This document shows positions 54,479-64,000 of a stretch of DNA of 64,000 nt, in pieces. Source of the DNA: Bigelowiella natans CCMP2755 (Eukaryota > Protista > Cercozoa). Under the pieces are notes generated by a model. It saw only the letters and a program-made list of their open reading frames with translations, ran no database searches and was not told the DNA's origin. The DNA is taken from assembly GCA_000320545.1 (NCBI GenBank), contig ADNK01001198.1, positions 49,695 to 113,694 of the forward strand, read 5' to 3'. A program made the translations under genes and the position numbers. Numbering within the stretch: position 1 is the stretch's first letter; every line of letters begins with the position of its first letter.

Positions 54479-57385
54479 TAAATGCCAAAACACAATTGTG
54501 TTGAGAAACCGAGGCTTTGACTTCATCTTTGCTGGTCAACTTTGCCACGCGACTCAGAACATCTCCGTCTCCTAATCATTATCCCAGCAGGAACAAAATG
54601 GATAATAATACACTTCGCAATTGTAGTATATCAACCAGGTAACATACATACCGTCTGAGAGAAGCTGCATGTTCCCTGCATTTGCAAATGCATGCAAACG
54701 GATGTTATTGTCCTTAAAAATCTGAATAGGAGGGGAATAGGCGATGCTGCCACCAACGGTGTAGTAGCCATCTCCCCCAATTGCGTCCCCTGTGTTATTC
54801 CAAAAACAAAATATTGATTGTTGATGATCTACATATTATTATTATCCGAGAAATGATAGGATGGAAGCTAATAGTTTGACCCTTGATGGAAGAGAAATGA
54901 TATAACACTATCTTGTCGAAGTACAACTACTCTTATCCGCTTGAGTTGAAGGAAAGAGGGTAAAGGAGGAGGAAGAGAAGGAGGAGGAAGAAGTGAGATC
55001 AACCATCACCTTCGTCTTTTGGTCCAAACTCTGTGAAACCGCGGATTCGAAGGTCACTGATGTATTAAGCAGGGAATATGCAAAGTGAGAGGTTGAAAGT
55101 TCTCAACTCCTCGCTGCTTGCAGACATATATACATATATACTTACAGACATACATACATTATCATCATATTTGGTACGATCGTACGACGATTAGAGGGGT
55201 GGGTGTCGTTAAAACAATCCACAGATCAATTGTATATAGTGAAGAAGGAAGGAAGGAAGGAAGGAAAGATCTATTAATCGATGCACAGATATGGGGCAAT
55301 CTACGGTTGTGTAGGGTGTTTGTGCTCTTACCGAAATCCACGATGGAAGAAACGATCATTGAGGAGTGAGGGAGTCTGATATGTGATAATGTATCTTCAA
55401 ATTGTACATGCGTGTGTAACGAGTATTATGCTTATCATCGAAGTAATATTTACTACACCAAAACAGAAATGAACATGTATTCGTTCCCATTCTTATTTTC
55501 GCAGGTAATTTCATAAGTAAGGGCAGTGATTAGTATTTAACCAACCCCGAAGAAATTGAGTCCCTCTCCCAATGGAACCTAATTTAGCACATATCAGGAG
55601 GAACAAAGATGATGGCGGTGGTTATTTTTCTGCTGCTTCTGTGAGATTTTCATCAAACAATTGCTCCTATTATACATATATTTACACATACATACATACA
55701 TACATGTGTGTGTGTGTGAGTATGTGTGTGTGTGTGTGAGTATGTGTGTGTGTGTGTGTGTGAGTATGTGTGTGTGCGCGTACCAGCAGCCCCCCGAAGC
55801 AACCAATAGATGCCGTAACGCTACTTGAGATCGGCCAGTGTACACGTCCGCATCCTTCGAGCTTGCCAAATCTCACATCACCACCGAATCCCGCAATTTC
55901 CTTTATGGAGTGCATAAATAAATGAATGAGTAGGATCTTCTCTCCTCCTTTGGTGATGATGGCTGTGATTGATATTATTCGCAGATACTTACCGTTGAGC
56001 TCTTCACAAAAATTCCCTTCGTTGGAACCTAAATGTCAGAAGAAAAGGCGTATTTAAGAACCAATCCATCAGTGCCTTTGTTCGTCGTTGGTAGTGATGC
56101 TGCTATTCATGACTAGTTTCTTCTTCCATTTACTACCAATTTGTGATCGGTAGTCTCATGCGTATACGTGTATCGTATCGACGATTTCAGTGATGGCATC
56201 GAGGCCTTCAACACGCTGCCGAGTACCGAACAAAATAACAAGAAACACCACAACACAATCATCAAATATTGTTCCTATTAGATTGCTCAGCAGATCGGAA
56301 GATAAAAGCGGCGTGACGCTGCTGCTACCTGTTAGAGTGAGGTGTATCTGCGGGTTTTTCATGAGGAACCTGGAGTGATGAAAGTAAGCGAAACGAATTG
56401 AATGCGACGATGAAAAAGATAACGATGAGGATGATGATGGTGACGATGATGGCGATCCATCTTTTGGGACTGACCGAGATGATGATGTAAATAATTTGCT
56501 TTTTTGCAATTAGTTCCGAAACACCACCACCACCACCAACCGATATGATAGTAGATAGTAGATTGGGTATCACCATCATCATCATCATCATCATCATGGG
56601 AATTATGATATAATGGGATATAATTCTTCATTGGCAGCAGTCCCTTGATTCCATCAGCAGTAGCAGCACCAGGACAATTGTTGGTATTATTATTATTAGT
56701 AGTAGTAATAGAAGTAGCAATAGCGGTACCACATCCCTCCAAGCACCGAGATACTCAATCTAATTATGATATCCAACAAGTAAACGATAAATCTTGCTCT
56801 AATTTCTCGGCAAAACAAGCACTGCTATCTGAGCAACCTGTTGTCATTTTATATACTATTATACGAACAAAATCTTTGGTTCATGGCTGCTGTTGTGTCA
56901 CTCATGCTGACCTAGTTGTCTATATTACTAGTATGATAATTACATTGTGCTTCTGATCTTCGCTCTTCCCGTTGATTGTCAGTCCTGAGGACTTTTCAAC
57001 AAACCTAATTGCATCCATTATGATTCAAGAAATGAGCAAAACTTACGAACCAGTATCACTACTATCTGTCTATCTATTTCGGCGCCGTATTGCTCTACCC
57101 GGAGTCTCTAAAGAGAGTTCCCCCATTGTAGTGCGCCATAGCAGCAAAGGTGCCTATCAAAAGGGAGGAACGAGGAGGAGGAGGCGACCACGGTACGACT
57201 CAATAATCATTACAAAACACAGAAACAAATTTGAGCTATTTCCTGCTTTTGTAATCAGTCCGTAACTTAGGAAGAGAAAGGGGGAAAGGGTTGCAGACTG
57301 TTTTACCAAATGGTGGCTGAGAATCGTTCAACTTGAAAGCCTAAGTCGTTACATAGGAGGAGGCAGCATCGTCAATTATCATCAC

Positions 57386-57419
<34 letters not shown>

Positions 57420-58660
57420 GCCCTCGGCACAAACTTAATCGGACAGGAATCAGTACCTTAGGTTTCGAGAGAGTGAGAGCAAATGATCTGCGGGACAAAA
57501 CCAAGGGATAATAACACATTTGTTGCAAGATATGTACATGATTCATGTAGTGCATGGTGCGTGATGATAAATATAACTATTCCATGTTCATCAGCTTAGC
57601 AACCACCCTGCTGTCTGATCGTTTCCATACGAGAAGGAACCCTTGAGGGACTCAGCATTGCCAAAGAGATTGCGGTACAAGCCTTTTGTGGAAAACGTGA
57701 AGAGTGAGCATTTTGACAAAATCTTATCACTAATCTTACGTGTACACGCACATCTAATCCATGTAGTGTATATTTGAATATTGTTATGAATACGTCAATT
57801 CGTGTACCAATTTCAACACGGTTGCTCACTACAGAAGCATACAAAGTGATTCACAGGTATAGAGGAGTGTACGTACCTTCGATTTTCATCATTGGCTGCC
57901 GTTGGACGGTTGACATTCCTGTGAGCAAATCAACACATGAGAAGATATCTACACCAAAACAAATGATGAGAAGAGAAAGGGAGAGGAGGAGCATCCGGAA
58001 GAAAGTTACTGGGGGATAAGGCTGATATACCTACTCCCGCGCTTCCGTAGAAAGAGCCCTTCTCCTTCAGCTTAACTATCAGGTCTAGTGGAATGGGAGG
58101 ACAATGGATGAATACTTTGAGGAGGAGAACTCATTATTAGTTGTTGGCCATTAAATTGCGATGTTTTTCTCAGAAACTAACAACCCAGGACGCGGGGCTT
58201 GGTCGTCTCTTTGAGTTGGTAGTCGACAGTTTTGTACATCCCCAACTCCTCCATAGCCTGTGCGTCCATCAAAAGACGATCATCGTAAATTAGAGAATAA
58301 CACCAACAATATCATCTCGAATCAAGCACAGAAACTATTTTTTAAAGTCCTGACATGTGTGCCTTCTTGAATGGCCTGTAAGAGCTGGCCAAACGTCGTC
58401 GAGGATTTTGCTTTGACAAACACGTCATTGACGAAGGACTTCGATGTGCGGAGCTTCGGGTTTTTGCTATCTTCTGCCGGCGCAACCTGGATCTTTTCCA
58501 CGTTTATCGGTACATTCTAAGAAGCAAAAGACATTGAAAATTCGGTTCCTAGTTTGTGGTCGATTTATTGTCAACTTGGTGTAATCTTCCATTGAGTAGA
58601 TTGATCTGATATGATCTGCTTGTTTGTACTTACGTCGAATCGGGTCGCTGGTGCTGCCAT
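54192..58660 (-). CDS. SAM50: SAM50/Tob55 (Omp85 family) mitochondrial outer-membrane beta-barrel insertase
   Basis: MAAPATRFD|NVPINVEKIQV...LRTSKSFV (POTRA), GLYRNLFGNAESLKGSFSYG, FALTLSKP, YLGAWRDV, DRFFHRGFR|DLRIRGFTEFGP, GDAIGGDGYY, RLHAFANAGN, VGVGVIAPISIGRFEINL. Some internal junctions are unresolved. Confidence 0.9.
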
Positions 58661-59032
58661 AGCTCCTCCTCGTGGCCACCTTGTGGGAGGTACATCAAAG
58701 GTAGTACTGCAATCATCACAATCATCGAAATATGCTGGACAAAGTTGCTAAGGTTGGTACGGAGAGATCTAAGGTTGTACATGAGAAGGAGTGACTTACC
58801 TCTCTCCTTGTGCTTCTTACTGGATCTAGATTGCTACAAGCGCTGTGCGAGGGGATGTGGCCTGGGCAGAGCAGCTCGGCACACTCAATTTCCAAGTTCG
58901 TTCTTCAGTAAAAGTGTTGTTGTTGTTGTTGTCGCGATGCATAAACGCCGGATGATTTAGACATTTATGGTGTGTTTTCATGTCGCACATCCTGTGTCCG
59001 AGGGGATTTATCGGTAGCTACAATGCCGCGTA

Positions 59033-59830
59033 ACCCATCGGTCCATCGGTTGACACACGGATCAAATCATGGACCCATTGATGCAGGATGATGAGAAGCA
59101 TCAGAGAAGTTTTCAACCATGAAACAGCAAAAACTTCAAGAAATCTCTTTGAAGAGACCTGGATCACAGGACAAACAACCTCTGTTTTTTCCCATGACGT
59201 CAAAGACGCGACACCTCTCTGATTTTGTCACTCATCCACACTGGCACAATCTGTGCAAATCTTGCCCACGCTTCTCACGAATTCGTTGCACGCTGGCAAT
59301 GCTAGAATGACGTGCAGATGGACCGCACCGCTGTCGCCCTTGAACGTGATCCCAGAAACCATGCTGGAATCTAGCAGGAATGGCACCTCTGCATGCATGC
59401 ATCTTGCAGAAATTGCGCGCTGCATCCATGCAGTGCGATGCGCAGTCTAGCAGTGCTGGCTAGCGTGGCCGCCGGCTAGCCGGGTGCCGCAGTGCCGCCG
59501 GGCGCCGCCGGGCTAGCGGGTGCCGCCTGAGCCGTGTCATTCAGCATCGCATCTGCCATCTTCGATCCAGGATCGACATTTTTCATGGATGCATAATGCA
59601 TGTGCATTGGCGACAATGTGGACGCTGCTAACCTGTCTAGCTGTGGATCAGCATCTGCTTCATTGCACTAGCCTGCGACAGTCACCATTTGAAGAACATT
59701 GTTGATTGCATGCGCGAACAGCCCAATCTAGCAATGCTAGCCACATGATGGATGGCTGCGACTGCTGCCTAGAAGTAGCCGCCAAGGCGCCATGCTAGCA
59801 TGCTACGTGCGATGCTCAAACATGAGCGTG
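59033..59830. other. CTAG/palindrome-rich intergenic island 7 (tandem -,-)
   Basis: 12 CTAG against 4 other TpA. No TpA in 59033-59302. GC-rich core at 59466-59527. CATGCTAGCATG at 59791. Confidence 0.85.
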
Positions 59831-59981
59831 GCTGAAGTTGATACCCGATCCCAAGATAGTTCTCATAACCAAGTCGAAGCTTATTAATAGTTTAAATGGG
59901 ACTTTGCATTAAACCTGTCTTTGTCAGTTTTTTGGAGGACACTACATGATTGGTGGGTACTTCTTCTTCACATGGGATGTC

Positions 59982-62829
59982 TCAAGAGGAAGACCTTTTG
60001 TGATTAGAATTTCGATTTTTGTGCTTCTTTCGCGTCGCAGCTTTATCATCCTTTGCCTTACGAAAGCAACCATGTGCTGAATAGGATTGTAATTTGAGGA
60101 ATGTCTGTTGACACTGACGGCATTGAATCAGCCCATCTTTAAGGTCGTAGCTATGTTGTTTAGACCCCGTCTTACTGCGCTTATTCCTTCTCAATACAGC
60201 AGCAGCCTTTTTGTGGGTTTCAGCTGCGCTTTGATTAAGACGACGGCGATGATCGTTGCTGCTACTATGTGCATTTCCATCTGCGCTCATGGCCTCAGCG
60301 ACGGTCTTTGAGTTCAATCGCACATCTCGAAGTATTTGAATGTTATTTGCTTCCTTGAGACTTCTATTGAGGCTATACTTGCTCGCTCTCCGCTTTCCAA
60401 CGGAGCCTGTTGCGCCAGCATCAGATGGTGATACTGTAGATGATACAGAAGATACTTTTTCCTTTGAAATAATCAAGCTTGCGTCTCCTTTTGAAGTATC
60501 ATCACCACGAGAAGACCCATTTCCTAGTCTCGTATTCTCACATCTGGATTTCCTCCTTTCATCCTCAAGAGAGAGTTGCATCGCCTACAGAATTCACCAC
60601 AAGCATCATCATCATCACAACCACCATCGTCATTTATCAAAAACTCGTCGTTTGATCAAAGTATATCCGTATCACATTGATGACAGCACCTTCTTCAGCC
60701 TATCGTCCTCAGAGCCAAATTGTATTTCATTATTAACATAACTTGCAAACTGTTTTCCAGCGGTCTTATCAACACTATCTTCATCCTCATCATCAACTTC
60801 TTCGGTGCCGTCATCATCATCATCATCATCTTCATCATCATCGGTGTTGATCCGTTTTCGCCGTTTCGATGCCATGGCTTCTTTTTGGGTCACTGAGTGA
60901 GATTTCGTTCTGGCCTTCGAAGCGAGACGAAGACGACGAAGAAGAAGAAGATGCAGCTTTGCTAAGAGTCCTCCTCGGCATTGTGGTGGCTCTTCTTTTT
61001 ACCCTTTTGTCTCCTCCCCCCGCCCCTCACAACGGATTTTCAGATCTGGTGGTCGCGTATACACAACCAACATATCAGTCAACGTCGGTTAGAGGTGGTG
61101 ATTTTAATGATGTACGCAGTAGTAGTGCTGATGCTTATTAGCTTGAGACGATATCGTTTCCTATTTTCTTCTTCTATTCTTTCTTCTTCTCTTTCGGGCA
61201 ACAACGAGAATTCATCATCGCTGCGGTAGTACCTGTTCCAGCAGCTTCATCTCGATGATGATTCAGTGTTTGCAATCCTTCTCCACTTTTCGTCTCCATC
61301 CTCCTCCTCCTCCTCCTCCTCCTCATCCTCTTTTGTTTACCAGAAGCACCAAAGGACGACGAGTTGTTTTTCGAGTTTGGAGGAGGGGGAAGTGTCGTCA
61401 AGGACGAAGATGCAGCTGCTGTTGCTGCTACTGTTCCGGAGGAGGATGCTAATGATGAGAGAAATTCTGTGGTAGGAGGGGGGGGGGGGAGAGCAGCAAG
61501 CCCGGTACTAGCACCACCATCATTACCACAATGGGATGAGGTAGTAGTATCTGTAGGATGATAATGATCCTTATCTTCTGCATCATCTTTGCTGCTGCTG
61601 CTGCTGCTACTGCTGTTCTTCTTCTTCTTCTTCTTCTTCTTCTTCTCCTTCTTCTTCTTCGTGGAAATGGAGTGATTGTGAAGATGATCAGTATCATCGC
61701 CATTATCATTACCTCTATTATTATTATTATTATTATTATCATCCTTGCCATTTCCTCCTCTTCCTCCTCCTTTCCGATCTTCATCCTTCCCTTTATCTTC
61801 CTCTTTATCCTGCTCCGCATCTTCTTCTTCTTCTTCTTCTTCGTTTTTCTTTATTGATGCAGCTAATCTTTTAAAGTAGGCTACTTTCTTTTTCAACCAC
61901 TGTTTGAAAACACACGTCAGGGTAGCTATCAGAGCAGAAGCAGAGTCCAATATTCAACAAATTTGCAGTTGTTTCACACTTGGGTTATTATGTATGAGAA
62001 TTATCGTGAGCGAAGTAATGCTAGGAAGAAGCGTGGTAGTTGATAGTAGTTGTAGTAGTAGTAGTAGTAGTAGTAATAGTTAATGGCTGCTAATACTACT
62101 ACCGCTACACTACCTTCACTTTGAGTCCATAGTGACCTCTTACTTTGTACCCGTAATCTTCTACCAGAATCTGCAAGCGGGGAAGAAATCAAATGAGGAA
62201 GAATGAATGAGGAAACAATATAATACTACAAATGTGTGTAGATTCGTTATTTTCCGTAACATCATCATCATCATCGTCGTTATCCGCTTTCTAGTTGTGA
62301 ATTAATACCCGTCGCAGCTTAGTATATTCCTCGAAATCCCCTTGCACCAGCATCTTCAAAGTTGCTTTCTTCTTCTTCCACATTAATGGGTTCCATTGAT
62401 TGCTATCTCCTTCTTTTCTTTTCCTCTTAGTTGTCACTTGCCGTCCTGGAGAACTAGAGACTTGGAATGAACTCTTCCCCCACTTTAGAAGACTCTCATT
62501 GCCATTGAGAAGCATTCCCATCTGAGCACTACCACTACCAGTGTCATCACTACTACTGACTATAAACTTGGTTGTATCTTGTATTCCAGCTCCCAAATAT
62601 GTTTGTTGTTCTTTATTGAGCTGCCTGCAATCAAGGAGCTGTCTGACCAATCTAGTGTACACATCGTAGTGCCGTAGCCAGTTTATCTTTGTTGCAAAGG
62701 ACTGCTTTTGACCTGTTCCATTCTGAGAAGAGGGAGAAGAAGAAGAAGACGAAGAAGAAGAAGAAGATCTAACTTTTCCTCATGCGGGCGCTTCCGATTA
62801 ATTCCTCTCTAACCGCAACACACCCCCCC

Positions 62830-62879
<50 letters not shown>

Positions 62880-63515
62880 GTGTGTGTGTGTGTGTAATAT
62901 TAAGCTTATAGGCAAACAAGCACGAATCCGCTATATATAGAAATATTATGGTAGTACCAACCACAAGGATATGTACATAGTTCCAAGCGCATGTAGTAGC
63001 AGCACCTGTTTCGGTATTCATTCTTGGTTTTCTTGTCCAAGTTGCTCCATTCCCTTTCAAACCGGATCTTAAGTGATGCTTTTCGCCGCGAGCTATCCTT
63101 AGAGCATGTTCCTATATTCTCGTTGACGAATAAATCCTTCGCTTCTGGCAGCATTACCTCTGGAGATTTCTTCTTTCTATTAGCATTGCTATTAGTAGCA
63201 GCACTATTAGCCTCCAACGACTTTTTCTTCCCTTTCGTCTTACTCATCTTATCCTTTCCTTTCATCTCATTCGAGCCCTTGGTTTCCCCTTTGGCACCAT
63301 TGTGCACCCCCCCCACGGTCCCCCCCGCGACCCATTGTTGGCCATTTTTCCGCCTTTTCGGATATGCGAGTAGGCATGATTCCTCATGAGTGAGAGCCTC
63401 CTCTCCTTCTCGTTTCCTCTTCGCATTTGCTCTACATATAACGCATTTCCATTTCTGGCCGTTTGGACCATGCCCGTCCTGCAGCACATGATGACACGGA
63501 GCAAACGAAGAGAGA

Positions 63516-63563
<48 letters not shown>

Positions 63564-63823
63564 GAAAGGTCAAATAACGAGATTTCTACCACCAGAATGA
63601 GTGCAGAGATCGTATCATTGCGAACAGCACTCAAAGTACTGAGTTGTAGCCAGCAATCTTACCTTTCTCATGGGATATCTACAAACACCGCATAAAGGTG
63701 CTCCTCCTCCTCCTCCTGTTTGGTCTCTTTCCTCTCTTCCTCCGCCGTCGCCATTTCTCCTGTTATTCCTACCAGTTCCAGCAGTTTTTGAGTCAGCCTG
63801 CTCTCTTCCCTCCTCATGCATTC
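59982..63823 (-). CDS. Large low-complexity nuclear protein with zinc-binding motifs; 5' end probably beyond the window
   Basis: Exons give CGVCRYPMRK|DGHGPNGQKWKCVIC, a helix REWSNLDKKTKNEY, NLS-like basic runs, acidic tracts and a C-terminal IQCRQCQQTFLKLQSYSAHGC. Confidence 0.65.
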
Positions 63824-64000
63824 CTACTCGCAACACAACAAATAAAGACACACGCATAAGAGAGAAATAGAGAGAAAAAAGGAGTACAAAAATGAACGAT
63901 AAAATAAGCACAATAGCCCTCCAAGTACAATACCCAACAAGTGAATAACACACACACACAAGAACCCCCCATCTAAAATTAATAGCAGCAGCAGCAGTGG

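Noticed and set aside
1197-58660. Functional cluster of mitochondrial genes (ATM1-like, TrpRS, EF-Tu, SAM50)
   Set aside because: They are interspersed with unrelated housekeeping genes, which is compatible with chance.
63615-63650. In-frame TGA after YFECCSQ as selenocysteine
   Set aside because: It falls inside a GT-AG intron (63479-63662) whose removal builds a coherent zinc ribbon, and there is no SECIS evidence.
1-64000. tRNA, rRNA or other structured RNA genes
   Set aside because: None recognised by eye. A covariance-model search would be needed to exclude small intronic RNAs.

Overview
Eukaryotic nuclear DNA that is gene-dense and very intron-rich, with introns packed with microsatellites. 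A tryptophanyl-tRNA synthetase with a signal peptide plus transit peptide points to an alga with a complex plastid, probably a chlorarachniophyte (inference). Splicing exons by eye gives, in order: ATM1/ABCB7-like ABC half-transporter (+), SEN2 (-), CDC7 (+), organellar TrpRS (-), intronless mitochondrial EF-Tu (+), VPS50 (-), a broken ORF (-), an unknown hydrophobic protein (+), importin-5 (+), UBE2S (-), SAM50 (-) and a partial zinc-finger protein (-). Most entries in the ORF track are microsatellite artefacts. The main unexplained signal is non-coding. All seven intergenic gaps that follow the 3' end of an intact gene hold a 0.8-1.1 kb island rich in CTAG, CATG and other short palindromes, while head-to-head gaps do not. 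Islands between tandem genes also nearly exclude TpA outside CTAG and share a motif (ATTGCTAGATTG) oriented with transcription. This looks like a sequence-encoded gene-boundary system (termination, insulation or DNA modification); its function is inferred, not shown. Counts and exon boundaries are by eye.
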